Below, piece by piece: positions 14,229 through 29,018 of a stretch of DNA of 64,000 nt (the stretch's first letter is position 1; every line of letters starts with the position of its first letter). This stretch comes from Octopus vulgaris (lineage: Eukaryota): contig OX597814.1 in the NCBI GenBank assembly GCA_951406725.2, positions 74,028,001 to 74,092,000 on the forward strand, written 5' to 3'. A program made the position numbers and the translations under genes. The notes beneath the pieces were generated by a model. The model searched no databases and was not told the DNA's origin. It saw only the letters and a program-made list of their open reading frames with translations.

Positions 14229-14850
14229 CTGCAAAGCAAAGAAAATATTTATTAATAAGGTCGTTAATTGAATTTACTGATTAGTAAATTCTAAAGATTT
14301 CGTTCAATATTATTAAAACTATATTTGTAATTATCTTTGCGAATCGAGAATGACTGTTCTAAGATATTTGAGTTGTGAAATAGTTAATTCTTCAATTTCT
14401 AAAACCTTTGCAAGCTACATGTCGCCTGTACATTTCAGAGAGGTTTTAAGTGACTTGTATTGGTTTTTAATTAATCTAACACTGGACAGAAAAATCAACG
14501 TTAATGTACCAATTGTGTTTTCATATAATCATATCATTTTTACATTTGTACCCTACATATGATAATTTTATCTCAACCCAAGTATCTTTAATGTTTTTTT
14601 TCACTTCCAAGTAGCAAAGTGAGTGGATGTATTTAGGGCAACACCAGCTGACGAAGTCAATAATCCTACAAGGTAGCTAATGGCTGATATTCCATATTTT
14701 CTGTATGTGGTATATTTTAGATACATCTCGCTTGGTTAATGTACATGGAAATAAAGTTATAGCATCGACTACGTGTCTTGTACTCTCAGAGATTAAATAT
14801 CTCTCTGAGATGTAATAAAATTATACTATCTAGGTTCATGAGTGAATATA

Positions 14851-14885
<35 letters not shown>

Positions 14886-14891
<6 letters not shown>

Positions 14892-15186
14892 ACCACGTGA
14901 CCGACCAGACCATCAGATGTTGCTACACATCGCTGGTCACAATGCGTTTGCATTGTTTTAGCCTTCGAACGACGCCACCCCGCTGGCTAAGCGAGCAGGC
15001 CAACAGAAGAAACAGTGGGAGAAAGAGTGGTGAAAGAGTACAGCAGGGATCACCACCCCCTGCCGGAGCCTAGTGGAGCTTTTTGGTGTTTTCGCGCAAT
15101 AAACACGCACAACGCCCGGTCTGGGAATCGAAACCGCGATCCTCCGACCGCGAGTCCGCTGCCCTAACCACTGGGCCATTGCGCCT

Positions 15187-15190
<4 letters not shown>
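14886..15190 (-). mobile_element. tRNA-derived SINE
   Basis: Head with A/B-box-like tggcccagtggttagg...gtttcgattccc and a short tandem tail. Same family as 41021-41215. Confidence 0.85.
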
Positions 15191-15232
<42 letters not shown>

Positions 15233-15457
15233 GTATGTATATATATAGGTATGTATGTGTGTGTATGCACTATATACACATACATACATGCACACACACA
15301 TACATACACACACACAATATTAAAAACAAGGATTATTCCGAAGTAGCTATAGCATTACCTTGAAATCTATAATTATATATTGCCTTTTAAGACCAACACA
15401 TGTTTCAATTGCACCGATTAGTAATCGTTGCAATTTCAATTCTACTATATATCTGAG

Positions 15458-15792
15458 ACCCCCTTCGGTCACGATACAGACCATTGGATTGCACCTAGAA
15501 AGTTACCCTCCCAGGCACAAGTCCGGGAAAGGTTGTTTATAGAAGACCAGCAGTCGCCCATGCATACCGGCCTTCCCTCTCCACACCACCAGTGTTATCC
15601 AAGGGGAAGGCAAAGGCCGATACAGCTTGGCACCTGTGACGTCACAACTCCTTTTTACAGCTGAGTGATCTGGAGCAACGTGAAATAAAGTGTCTTGCTC
15701 AAGAACACAACACGCAGCCCAGTCCGGGATTCGAGCTCACAACCTCACGATCGTAAGCTTGACGCTCTAACCACTGACCCATGCGCCTTCAC
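15458..15792 (-). mobile_element. tRNA-derived SINE (second family)
   Basis: Head gtgaaggcgcatgggtcagtggttagagcg...gctcgaatcccgg. Confidence 0.8.
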
Positions 15793-16157
15793 ACTACTAT
15801 ATATATATATGTGTATGTAAGTTGCACATTTGCAATTTTCGGCGTACATATAAGTCGACAACTTATGTATGTATACATAGAGGCACTTATATATGTAACC
15901 GTAATTATATATTACAGCTAATAGCATACACAAAATTGCACAGAGAGATTAATTTATGTATCATTCATACCCTTTAAGAACATTCATTTCTTTCAGTCAG
16001 GAAAACGTAAACTTATGTTTTCCCATCTGAGTTGACTGTCCAAACTTTGAAGAGCATATCTTAACTGAATGTGATCTACGGTATTGTGAATATTTCTTGT
16101 CCTTATCAACAATTATGAAAATCACGAACAAAATTTAGATAGAAAAGATAAGCATAC

Positions 16158-16268
16158 TTTTGGTATAAACAGGTGTTTAAGGCCGACATAAAAGTTTGAC
16201 AGCGTAACTCCGCGGAAAAAAAATATTATCAGAACAACATATGGAAATGTAGCAGTAAAGTAGATAAC
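16158..16268 (-). CDS. SLC6 transporter exon 4 (TM5)
   Basis: Encodes VIYFTATFPYVVLIIFFFRGVTLSNFYVGLKHLFIPK. Splice sites are ttttttgcag| and |gtatgc. Length 111 nt. Confidence 0.95.
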
Positions 16269-16329
16269 CTGCAAAAAATGGGAAACATGTAGAAAGTAAA
16301 ACATATATTATTAGCATTTTTCAAAAGGA

Positions 16330-16865
16330 ATCCTTTCAGTTGCTGCCACAGATTTGGAAACTTTAAGTAACAAATATTTTAAACTTTGGTATATTGGCAT
16401 AAATTTTCAAGCTAATCCGAATTTGAGATTTATTTATTCCAGAAAAAATTTAGAAAACTCTTACAGAGGTTTAAGGTTTGATCAGTTTTAGCCATTCAGG
16501 AAACAGCGATCGGAAGTCGGCATTTTTTGCGTGATGGCTGTCTGCTACGAAATGATTTTCGTCAAAACTTGTAGTGGAGTTGCGGTGGTGAAAGTGTCAA
16601 AGTACGTGCAAGTACAGCGTCCTTGTTATAATGAAAGCAGGGAAGACTACAGCTTTGCTTGTTAATATGGAAATAGACACAAATGTGAAATTTACGGTCA
16701 TGTGTATAATGGTAGCTTTCGATTGGCTAAATTTACACAAAAGCTAATAACTTATAATTTATTAATTTATGGCAAAAATGAATTTCATTTTCATGATTAG
16801 CATACAAAGCTAACCATATTTGAAATTGATAAAAATACGAACTCTCTGACAGCAGCCGAAAAGAT
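16330..16865. mobile_element. Putative MITE
   Basis: Imperfect 23-bp terminal inverted repeats (about 18/23 matching). The internal part resembles about 19740-19880. Confidence 0.5.
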
Positions 16866-17004
16866 CTCTCAAAAATAATTTTTGCTTAATAAACCCCGTT
16901 TACACTGCGGTCTATTACTTGATTTTTCTCAAAGTTTTATTGTCGAATTTAGATCACTCGTTTATTTATTCCGGTCACAATCTGATACACACACACACAC
17001 ACAC

Positions 17005-17058
<54 letters not shown>

Positions 17059-17151
17059 TAACACCAAAGTGTATGTACGCCACCATATGTATATAAAATG
17101 GATACAAAAAAATGGGACTAATTTTTAGTAATCCTTTATATATATATATAC

Positions 17152-17243
<92 letters not shown>

Positions 17244-17499
17244 GAATCTAACTATTTCACCACAGTTATCAATTGCTGTGTCGAATGGGTAGAAATGCTT
17301 CTTGTCTATGGTATGTAGATTCCGGTAGCAGTTCATATTTTGTTATTACAAGTGGATAGTGTGGAGGCATAAATTCCATGTGCTGTTCATTCAAAGGGAT
17401 CTTGTGGTATGAATGAAAATTTGAGAATGTACTGGTAGGAGTAAGTAGATAGAGAGAAGAGAATAGATATGTACGTTAGGAGGAGAATGTTATTAGTCA

Positions 17500-18950
17500 A
17501 AAGGAATAGGGGAGGAAAGAAAAAAGAAAGAGGGTGCGAACCAAAGGGGCTGCAGAAATACTAGTGAAACGCCGCCTAGGGATTCTAGGGGAGCTGATTG
17601 TCGAGTTCAGCCTGAAGCTGAATGTGGTCTTTGTGCCTTCAGAGAGAAACAAGGCAGACGTTCTAACCAGGGTAAAAAAGACCTGGTTAGGGGAGCTGGA
17701 AGAATCGAAGCAAGGGGTAGCCACGGTGCGGTGTGTCAGTTAAATGACTCCGAGCTAAGGAGACTGCATGCCATGCATCATCTGGGCGTGGATAGGACCC
17801 TGTATCTCGCCAGGAGGATTGACGCCGATGTTACCAGACGGAACATCCAGGAGGTGGTCGGGAACTGCGATAGGTGTCAATACAATGATCCTGCTCGGGT
17901 GTGCATGAGCAGGGAAACGTTTCGGTAGAGCACAACTGGGGACGATTAGCAGTGGATGTAACACACTACCGGCAGGGGACGTATCTCTCAATGGTCGATT
18001 GTGGGCCGGGCAGGATGGCCATTTGGAAGGAATTGAGGACAGGCACTCTGAACGAGAAGGCACGTATTCTAAACGAGGTGGACAATAACACAGCATTTCG
18101 TTCGGAGGCGCTGAAGGAGGTGCTTGACAGAGCGGCATACAGGCCGAGTGGAAATGGGATCGTGGAGAGACATCATCGAACGATCAAGGCCATGGCGGAG
18201 AGGTGACATGTCTCGCCGCCGGGAGCGGTGTTCTGGTACAATATGTCGCCCGATCAGGACAGGCCAAAGAGTATGTGCCACATAGAGGGATATTCAAATA
18301 TGAATGGCAGTATCTAAGTAAACCATCGAGATGCCCTGTAGAAGAGAGAGGGCCTGGCATTGCGGAGGTGGGAGATGAAGTCTGGGTCAAGCCACCAAAG
18401 GCATGCTGCAGAATTCAGTGGAACAGAGAAATAGTGACGTCTGTCAATTCCAAAAACAACATCTCTGTGGCTGGAATGCCGCGTCATATCTTGGATGTTC
18501 GCAGAATTGTCGCTTCGTCTGATGATGATTGTAGAGTAAAGGAAAAGAATGAGGTTCCCACTTTAAGATCACAACGTGCGAAGCCCCCACCCGGGTGGGT
18601 AGTAGATTTCGATATGGAGTGAAGTGAGGAGGTGATCTTTGAGATTGGGGCGGGGGGAATGTGGGGATGGGCCGGAAGAAGAGGGCCATGATGTCAATGA
18701 TCAAGAGACTGACTGGAAGAGGAAGCGTGAGAAGGGAAGTTCGGGAAGGAAAAGAAAGGGTAATCTTCTTTTGGCCGGCCGAGGCATTGCAAACAGACAT
18801 CAGGGAGTTCGCTCACGGGTTGGAGACAGCAGCTGCTTATTACTGGGTGAGAGGGTAGGGCAGGATCGCCGGAGTGACTACTACTGGACGAGCGCAGACG
18901 AGAGAGAGGAAGGCAGGTGAACGTCTTTTCATTTCCCACGTACGACAACA
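17500..18950 (+). mobile_element. Gypsy LTR retrotransposon 3' part (integrase, PPT, LTR at 18660-18950)
   Basis: HH..CDRC zinc motif, LAVDVTHY, DNNTAF and YRPSGNGIVERHHRTIK, then a G-rich PPT and a TG...CA LTR. Confidence 0.8.
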
Positions 18951-20116
18951 ATCATTGACAAAAATTAAAAACTCCTGTCCCTCAACTTAGAACAGTAAAA
19001 ACCATAAGTGTTTAAAGGTTATTTTAGGTCCGTCAAATACTAAATGTAGTAAAGTAAAAATTAAAAAGTATGGTAAATTCGTGCGATTTTTTCTGTCAAA
19101 TCAGTAGGGCTGGCTTAGATGGTAACAAGTCTGACTAGACATTTTACGATATAACGTTAATGACACACAGAAAGACAGTTTTATTTTCTCACATTGCAGA
19201 AGCAGAATTTTAAAAAGTACTGGACTATTTAATGTACACAATTAGTCATATTTGTCCTAGAAGGAAATCATCATCTGAACAACAGAGTGGTAAAAGTAGA
19301 AGTAAAACCTTTATAAAACTGTTAAAATGAAATCATACAAAGAAGACTGTTATTACCCAGCAGAGATATTACTTTCTTAGCTATTTATATAATATTTGAT
19401 TTAGAATACGGCATACACAATACAAACACACGTACACATATGAATACGAATAGAAAGAAGTGATCGTTTCATACACTCCTTCCAGTAATTGCCGAGTAAA
19501 GAACATTAGTTCAACTATGGTGTACCGAGCTTGAATACCAACTGTACATTATTATCACATCGAGTGATTAGATTTTTTTACTTTATTGAAGACAATTACT
19601 TGAAACTGCCTACCGAGCAAACCACAAAGCTGGTAACGATTTTATTAGAACGATTCATACGTAGTGTGTCAGAAAGTTCAGTACTTTAATGCAAAAATAA
19701 ATGAAGTGAATAGGATGACCTATATTAATCTAACACTTACAGTAGAAATTTTCACCAGGCTTTCAATTGGCTAAAATGACATAACTTAAATGCTCGTAAT
19801 TTTATTAATTTCTAGAACAAAACTAAATCAAAAGTACATTTGAAAATAATCTAGAGAAAAATTGAATTATATCAAGTGGTCGGAAGAAATTTCATAAGAT
19901 CCTAGTCTAATCCCGTTCATAACTAGTACTTTATTTTATCGATACTGAAAGAATGGAAAGCGAAGTTGATCAGTCAGCTTTGAACTGCAATGCGTGTATC
20001 ACCTAATTAACTAAACTGTTTATAGTAACACTAATTTGTGTCATTATAAACTTAATGTACCTGAAAGGGATCAGCACAAGTCGTCTGAAACACAAGGATG
20101 AAGAGGGAGAGAGAGA

Positions 20117-20151
<35 letters not shown>

Positions 20152-20431
20152 AGGAAAAGAGAAGAAATAATAAAAACACACACGTACACGTAGACAAACA
20201 AGAATGTATGTGCGTAGGTGTGCGTGTATGTGTATGTGTGTGTGTACGTGTGTGTGTGTGCGTGTGTATGTGAATGTGCGCGCTCGAGTATGTAATTTTC
20301 ATTCTCATAGTGAGCATTCCTCTTTTCTAATCTTCTACACCGGCCGATGCTCTCCCTGTTTCAGTCACTCCTTCTTTCTCACTCTTCCCTCTCTCTAAGT
20401 ATTATCACTGTGTGTGTGTGTGACTGTGTGT

Positions 20432-20501
<70 letters not shown>

Positions 20502-20527
20502 ATACCTCGCTCAGAGATTTATTATTG

Positions 20528-20609
<82 letters not shown>

Positions 20610-20624
20610 TTATATATATATATG

Positions 20625-23324
20625 CTAGCAGTATAGCCCGGCGTTGCCCGGGATTAGTTAGGATTATTAAGTGATCAAGCGCTTTATTTCAAACCAAAAT
20701 AAGTGACACCGACTTCAAATTTGAACGAAATCCGTTGAAATCGGTAAACGTTTGGCTGAAAATGGGTTACAGGCAATTTGATTGGGAAATCCCATAAGGA
20801 ATCGGTTTATCAATTGTTTCTACTCATCGATTTTTGTTTTAGAGAACTTAAAGCATTCAAAGATCCCATGAGTCCTAAGTAATGCTGGCATCAAGTTTGA
20901 GCAAAATATGTCAAAATTGGTAAAAGTTATGGTTGAAAATGGGGTGTAACCAATTTTAGTAGGAAATCCTATAAGGAATCGGTTTATCAATTTTTTTATC
21001 CTGATTGAATGGAAAACCCCAAATGGATGCCTGCCACCAATAATGCTTGGCCTTAGTATTTGTTGATGGACATGGCGAAGCATGGTCTCACCAGGAACTG
21101 CTATCTGCGGAAGTTAAACGGCATGTCTGCATCCTTGAAATAAAAACATTTTCACCCCTCCCGCACCCTGTAACAATGGTGGCCTCAATCAAGTGGGGTG
21201 TCAGAGAATTGATTACTAAGCGGGTCCCGTATCACTGTTTAGGCGGAAGCAAGTTTCTAATTAGCATAATTAGGCATCCAACCCTTAGCCTAAGAATGTG
21301 AGGTGGACGCCCTGCTGGCTCCAATGAGTTGAGAAACTTGAAGGGGTAATTGACAATGTCTTGGGGGTCAGAGGTCCGGTCAATCTATTTGTTGATGCGC
21401 TCCTCACCCAGAATTCGGCTTATGAGCTGGTCGTTGATAGCACTGACAGCTACGTTTTTTGGGGCAGGATGGTTCTTTCACTGAGCCAATTGATGTCTAC
21501 ATAATTACTTTCCAGATTGGGGAACACTATTTCCAAAAGATCGAAAGGGTTGTCCACAGTGTTGCACAGTTCAGAAATGTATATGTCGCCCCTATCATTC
21601 CTAGGGACCTTGTCTTCTGCAAGGGCTAAAATGTCTTCAGCAAATACTACAGACGTGCTATCACCAAGCAGGTGCGCACGCATATTTGTGCTTAGGCTTA
21701 AGGTCTTAACCTGGAGCTACAACGTGGATGACTTTAGGCATGCACGCACTTCATCAGCCCGGTTCCCTTTAGGGATGACAGGAAGGGTTTGCCGGAAATC
21801 TCCTGAATGCAATAGAGTTACACCACCCATAGAAGCTGTAGAATCCCTGATACCTTTCAGTGACCGGTCTAGTACCTCAAGGGCACCCTTACTGGTCATT
21901 GTGCATTCGTCCCATACAATGAGACGGCACTGTCTAAGAACTTCAGCTTCCTTTGAAATTTTGCCAATGTTGCAAGTTGAAACCTCGGCCCTCACCAAAT
22001 GTAAAGGCAGCCTGAATGCCGAGTGCGCCGTCCTACCTCCCAGCAATAACGTAGCAGCGATTCCCGAGGAAGCAACAGCTAGCGCAATTTGTTTCTCGCG
22101 ACGAATCTTAGCAAGTATTAATTGTGTTACAAAGGATTTGCCGGTACCTCTAGCAGCATCGTGGAAAAAATGCCACCCGCCTGTTTTTCAACGGCACTGA
22201 CGAGAGTTTCGTACACATCAGGGAGCAATTTCGGTTCATTTACTCTCAGGTAGTCCGCAAGGCCACCAGCGTCATACGACAACTCCAGAAGTAACTTTGG
22301 TCGGAGTATGTCAACATCCTGTCGCAATGAGGATGGCAAACCGAATGTGTTTAACGCTGCCCTACCTATTTTGAGCTGAGCATCCTCGATTTCAATCAGC
22401 GCATTATTGTAGATCAGGTCATTGTATCCAATGTTAGCATTAGGTCACTGTTGCTTTGCCAGTCATCATTTGCCTTGACCACCGAGAAAGCAAAATTACA
22501 TACAGAGAATTTCATAAACAGAAATGAATGGAAAAAAGGTTTTAGATTAAATTTTTAGATTAACACTTGCACGATTTTCACTAAGAAAAAAAGATCAGAT
22601 TTTTCTGCGTGGAATCAACTACCCTGGCCTCCTAATAATCTACAAAACCCTTTTTGTGGTTCGAAAAACGAGTTGTGGTGTGGTGGAAGCCTCGGAAATT
22701 TCACCCCACCCCATACCCATTGATCTTTTCCCCATCTATTTCTCAATGTACGTGGGAAAATACGGAGATTAAGAATATGGAAAACATTTGTTTTTAATCT
22801 CAAATTTACCATGAAAAACACCAGGCAAATTTTTAGATAACACTCGCACGATTTTCATTAAGAAAAAAAAATCGGATTTTTGCGTAGAATCAACTACTCT
22901 GGCCTCCTAATATGCTACAAAACCCTTTTTGTGGTCCGAGAAACGGGGTGGAGTGTGGTGGAGCCTCGGAAATTTTACCCATTTATATTGTGTAATTCAC
23001 TGACAAATTGTTACCTACCTCTTTGTTTCTATGCTGTTAAATAAATGAAGTCTCAACAAAACACTTTTTTTCTCGGCGTAAAATAAAAGCAAAACTCTTT
23101 CGCGCCCAAAGTAATGTGTATGCCGAGGTGGGGGAGAAAGATGAACGATTTAAAATAAATAAATGATTTAAAATAAATATATTTCAATTGTGTGAGAAAG
23201 TATATATAATCTGATTATAAAATATAGTGTCTTTCAAAAACATCCTAAATTTGAATACTATATCTCGTGTTTAAGAAAAAAAAAAACATTTTATATTTTT
23301 ATTTTTGGTGAACGCTGTCACTTA

Positions 23325-23385
<61 letters not shown>

Positions 23386-23678
23386 GCATACACACACATA
23401 CATCAACACACAACTTCTCTTCCTCGCACACACGCACATACATCAACACAACTTCTCTCTCTCTCCCTCACACACACACATTTTCACTTCGCCATGGCAA
23501 GTAGAGACTTAACACATGATAGCAAACTTCAAAATTGGTAAAAGTTAAGGTTGAAAATAGATTTTTACCGCTACCCGCGGGTGCCTCGGTAAAAATGATT
23601 TGACGAAAATACAGCTAGGGTCGTGACGAATGTCCTAAAATTGGAGCGACATGCGTGCTAATTTGTGGACGTGCGTAA

Positions 23679-23711
<33 letters not shown>

Positions 23712-23732
23712 CCTGCCTTTTATATATACAGA
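20625..23732 (-). mobile_element. Internally deleted Helitron carrying a PIF1-like helicase fragment
   Basis: 5' a|TC end and 3' hairpin plus CTAG. Motifs GTGKSF, GGRTAHSAFRLP, IVWDECTM and GDFRQTLPV lie at about 21200-22400. Internal direct duplications are present. Confidence 0.88.
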
Positions 23733-24239
23733 TGTGTATGTATTTATTATGGGTGTAGAAATTCTCGAATTGGCTTCCGCGGGCATAGTAGACCCACTGA
23801 GAATGTTGGATTCCTAGTTTTCTACAAGGCATACCCCTTAGGAAAAGGTTAACTCGTATATAAAACCCACTGCCCTACTGAGCCAGATATCTTGCATTTG
23901 GCTTGTCCTTGGTCTTCTTGATATTATTGTCGTGGTGGTGTGCAAGCCGCACTCGACTTAAAACCGTTGCACGGGCAGCACTGACACCTCGTCAGCAACG
24001 ATCATGCTCGAGTAGGTAGTCATCGTGTAATGTATGTATGTATGTATGTATGTATGTATGTATGTATGTATGTATGTATGTATGTATGTATGTATGTATG
24101 CATGTGTGCGTGTATGTATGCATATGTGTGTGTGTGTGTGTGAGCATAGGCTCGAAACGTAAAAGACTTTTTCAATTCCTAATACATCTGTTTGTCTTCT
24201 ACACCACCTGTCTTCGTCTTTTGTTCTTTTCGTGAATCT

Positions 24240-24317
<78 letters not shown>

Positions 24318-24449
24318 GTGTGTGTATATAATACATGTGGTCTTTGATTAATACACCAACTCTAATGGCAAATACACGAGTACATACATATTTACGTACT
24401 TACACACACGCACACACACACACATACACACACACACACACACACACTG

Positions 24450-26575
24450 TACCACAGTGTCAGCTATTTATTACCAGTGAACTAAGGTAACACCTTATTT
24501 TTCGAGCACCTTTCGGAGTATTCGAGCGGTTCCAAGCAGTGCTGTTTTCTGCAAGTGCTCTACCCTTATTATAGCCCCTATTTGGTCCACGCACTTCTCG
24601 AGATTTTTGCTCACTGTTCCCAGGGCTCTGACAATTATTGGTACTACTGCTATCTTTTTCATCGACCACAAGTGCTTAACTTCCCAAGCTAACCTGTCAT
24701 ATATCTCAACTTTTCTTTCTTCCTTATCGCATACCTTGTTGTCAGCTGGGCATGCTATATCTATGATCCAGCATAGTTTGTTTTTTTTCTCAATTAAGAC
24801 TATACTTCCTATTCTCTATCTCATGGTCGCACTGAATCATAAAATCCCATAGGATATTTGCACTTCTATTTTCGACGATGCCTTCAGGTTTGTGGTCGTA
24901 CCTACATTTTGCTCTGTCAAGTCCATACTTGTTGCAAAGTGTCCTATGGACAATCCTTGCTATATTGTCGTGGCGTCTCTTATATTCCTTCTGGGCTTGT
25001 GGCGTACATTGGCTTGTAATATGCCATTATGGTTTCATCGTTTTGTTCACAGATTCTGCACTTATCACTTTCTGCTGTGTTGTCTATTCTGTATTTTATG
25101 TAGTTTGTTCTTAGTGCTTGCTCTTGGGCAGCACAGATTAGAGCCTCCGTTTCCGGTTTTAAATCACTTTTAGTCATCCACAGCCACCTTTTTTCTCTGT
25201 CTGTCTTATCTTCAACATCTCTATGAAATTGACCATGCATTCTTTTCTTTACCCACCTATTTTCAGTTTCATCCGTTTTCAATTGCTTGTATAGTACTTT
25301 ATCTTTGCAATCTTTCATCCTACACAAGCCTGACCTTCTTACTTCTAATAATAGCGGTTCTGTGGCATTTTTTACATACCATGCTATGTTGTTTTCTTCT
25401 GCTCTAATGCTGTGTTGGCATCCAATAAGTCCTCTTCCCTCTCTTTTTTCTTGCTTCATACAGTCTGTATTTGTCACTTTTTGGGTGGAGTGACCCATAT
25501 CTAGTTAGCATCTTACTTGTCTTTCTGTCTAAGCTGTTTAGTTCGTCCATGCGAAATCTATCCTCTTGATATTGATCTATTCGTTTCTGATATTTGGAGA
25601 GCTTGCCTGCTACTACTATGATATGTTGTTTCAACTCTTCTATGACTGTCCCAAATCCTTTCTCCTTGACTAAGTATCTTTTCTCGAGGGAAGATTTGCA
25701 TCTTGTGTTTCCTAATTTTTTCAGTTTCTAGGTTTCTATTCTACTTAGATCTTGTCTTAAAGTCTTCACTTTATTTTGTACTCTCCTTTTCCACATTTGC
25801 TATTTTTTAATCTCTCCCTGTGAGATATCTAATCTTCTAGTGACTACTGCCTCTCTTGCATAGATCAATAAGTTAGTGTCTCCTATATTTTTAGTATCTA
25901 TCCTACTGATAACAGAATCTACTTTCCTAGTCATTTCTAGCAGCTTCCTTCTGTTGGTGCCTTTTAATGCTGGCAATCTTTTTCTTACTTCTTTTCTCAT
26001 TACTTCCTGCAACTCATCTAAAGTCTTCTGATCTTCCTCACTTAAATCATTTGTGTCTCTGGTGTCAGTTGTCCCTACCTTATTGGTAGCACTATTATTA
26101 TTTTTTTCCTTTAGCTTCTTCTTTGGTTTGAGCTGTATCTCGTATATTGTTGTTTGTCTTTCCTATTGCCTGGTCTATATTTTCCAGTTCTTTTGTGATC
26201 TCTTCTACCTCCAGTTCTGTGTTCCACTTTCTTCTCCTAATAGCATAAGCTTGATCTACTAATCTCTGCTCAGTCACTTTAAACATACCCTTCTCTACCC
26301 AGAGTGTTAACAATCGTTTACTATAACCCCTTCTTTAAGGTTCTAAGTAGCACTGCATCACTATCCTGTTTTCTTCGCTGGTCCAGTTTGCTTTTTTACT
26401 AAATCACTGCCGAGCGAAAGTCCTTCCCTTAAAGGTCCAGCTTCATTTTCGCTGTTACAGTCAGAGTTTCTTCGGAAACTCCTGTCTCTTATAAACTGAG
26501 GTAAAGTAACGTTTGTCACCAACGTCATCACCACTATTATTTTTCGACATCTAATAGTTTCAAGCAACTTTCTAT
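24450..26575 (-). mobile_element. R4/Dong-type RLE non-LTR retrotransposon with RT core deleted
   Basis: N-terminal VTEQRLVDQ.YAI is joined to post-RT LDRKTSKML..HPKSD, ETEALICAAQEQAL, CRIC and RRHD. The 3' end matches 37130-37340 and 34640-34780. Confidence 0.85.
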
Positions 26576-26579
26576 TACA

Positions 26580-27689
26580 TCATTTGTTGCACCTTTGGGC
26601 TGGCGGGGTAGTGTGTACTGCATTTTTTTGTGGTGGTGATATTGTAGAGGCAAGTCCAAGTGGGTTGACGACGATTTCTGGACCAGATCTCCAGGTAAAT
26701 AGGGACTGGGAAGAGGTCATCGCCAGGGTGGCTAAGCTCACCCAGAAATGAGCAGAAAGGAAGCTGTCTCTGAAAGGCCGGGCGGAAGTAACGAAAGCGT
26801 CCCAAGAGAACTTTGACCAGATTGGAGCGCTTGCTTTTTCGATTCTCATGGAAGGGACAAGTTTTGCTGGTCAGAAAATCCACCTGCTGTTAACATCCAC
26901 ACTGCAGTGGTCTTGGGATGCCATCTTTGATGATGCAGCGTCACGCATTGAGGCTGATGCACCTGCAGAAATATCTAAATCACTGCGATGGTGTGAACGA
27001 CGGCGACGAAAACAAAGATGAAGGGTGTCCTTCGTGTGACACTTTTTTCCGCATCTCATCTCATTGACGGAGCTGCAGTCATGGATCAAACGTAGACCAA
27101 GCGTGGGCGTTTGGCATCTAGAATGTCACTAGGGGCTTACTGCATTGTACAAGCTGGACAAAACCGTTAGCGGGAAAATAACCCAACAGTTGCGGGTATG
27201 GGTGACGATGGCTTAGAATTGACTCTTAGCATCGACGTGAACAGTCTTTTCTGGAGGACTTTCGGGTCGAAGATCAAGGACAATTTCCAAAAGTCTACAG
27301 GTGTGTGTGTATGTATGGGGGAGCATTGTCTGTTCGAAACAAGCTCTTCGGGTATGGGAGTGCCAACAGCCGAACCTACCCGAGATGCATGGGGAGGGTC
27401 AAAACCGTCCTGGACGCAATAATTCAGTGTTCCTGCATTAGAGAGTTGTGGGCTTGTGTGGAACAGCTGCTGTCTCGTGTAAGACGAATTCAGGCTGTAA
27501 AGTGTAAAGTGAAGATCGACAAACCACCTTCCTTTAGGAGAGAAGGCATGCATATCTTTCTCTGCTTAGTGACTGTGGCAAAAGAAGCTGTGTGGTGGAC
27601 TCATCTGAAAGATTTGAAGACATGTACTTCCCTCTATGGCCAAGCTCTCATCAGTTTCTTCAAATATCATTTGAAGAGGAGGATGAAGT

Positions 27690-27784
<95 letters not shown>

Positions 27785-27905
27785 TCTGCCTTCAAGTGTG
27801 TTTATCTAAAGGTGGAAGAAAGTGGCAACACTGGTGAGAATGAATGGATCGACTCTGAGTATATTTTTCTAAACAGAAAGAAAGCAACTAGAAGTATGGC
27901 AGAGT
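26580..27905 (+). mobile_element. L1/Tx1-like LINE ORF2 C-terminal remnant with a (GA)n expansion
   Basis: YPRC...KTVLDAIIQC...W...AKEAVWW resembles the Tx1 C-terminal zinc-finger region. (GA)n lies at about 27691-27782. Confidence 0.6.
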
Positions 27906-27981
27906 AATCCACCCTAAGTGGACTTCCCTGCGATTGGGAATTCTAATCATTAATTAATTAATTATTTATTTCCCTAATTTC

Positions 27982-28018
<37 letters not shown>

Positions 28019-28045
28019 TTCATTGTTATTGTTATTATAATTATT

Positions 28046-28259
28046 AAGGCAACGTGCTAGCAGGATCGTTTGCGCGCTGCACAAAATGCTTAGCGGTATT
28101 TTGCCTGTCGTTTCGTTCTCTGTTCAAATTTCGCCGAGGTCAACTTTGCCTTTCATCCTTTCGGGATTGATAAAATAAGTACCAGCTGAACACTGGGGTC
28201 GATGTAATCAACTCATCTTCTACCCCCAAAATTGCTTCCTTTGTGGCAAAATTTGAAAC

Positions 28260-28262
<3 letters not shown>
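28046..28262 (+). mobile_element. SINE flanked by (TTA)n
   Basis: B-box-like gttcaaatttc and a gataaaataagtaccag...ggggtcgat block shared with other SINEs in the window. Confidence 0.7.
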
Positions 28263-28295
<33 letters not shown>

Positions 28296-28386
28296 GTAGT
28301 AGTAGTAGTAGTAGTAGTAATAGTAGTAGTTGTAGTTTTCTGGCTATCAAATATCTTAGAGAAAAATACGTTGACTTGTAACTCAC

Positions 28387-28548
28387 CTTTCCTGAAGACT
28401 GTATGCCTTTAATCATGCACAAAAATACTATTAACCAAGCGAAGAACAGACACAATTCTAAGTGTAACTGTAGTGACCCAGATTCTTCAATGGATGAAGA
28501 GACATCTAAAGTTGATCTGTACCAAAAGTACGCACTCGGTCCTGCTAG
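28387..28548 (-). CDS. SLC6 transporter exon 3 (EL2-TM4)
   Basis: Encodes LAGPSAYFWYRSTLDVSSSIEESG...CMIKGIQSSGK. Splice sites are ctttctttgcag| and |gtgagt. Length 162 nt, phase 0/0. Confidence 0.95.
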
Positions 28549-28624
28549 CTGCAAAGAAAGATCAATAAGATGTGTGTGTGTGTATACGTACACGCGCGCG
28601 CGCACACACACATACACACGCACG

Positions 28625-28688
<64 letters not shown>

Positions 28689-28696
28689 TATAGCTA

Positions 28697-28733
<37 letters not shown>

Positions 28734-28967
28734 TTAAATAAATAGAAAATGGAGAAAACTTTTGATCATCAAAAAACTTTACCAACATCGTTTGTTGATC
28801 AAAAGTTTTCTCCATTTTCTGCTTATTTAAATTTGATTCCTGTTTATTAAGCATAGTGTGCTTGCTTTACCTATGCCTAGGGATAGCATAGGTAAATGAT
28901 ACCGATAGTAAGAACGGATACTATTATCCCTTAGACGGTTATTCCTACAGCTAACTCTGCTTACCTA

Positions 28968-29018
<51 letters not shown>

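Noticed and set aside
15110-15190. tRNA-like sequences (also at 15720-15792, 41021-41095 and 48183-48250)
   Set aside because: They are SINE heads that continue into repeated bodies and tails, with no clean cloverleaf.
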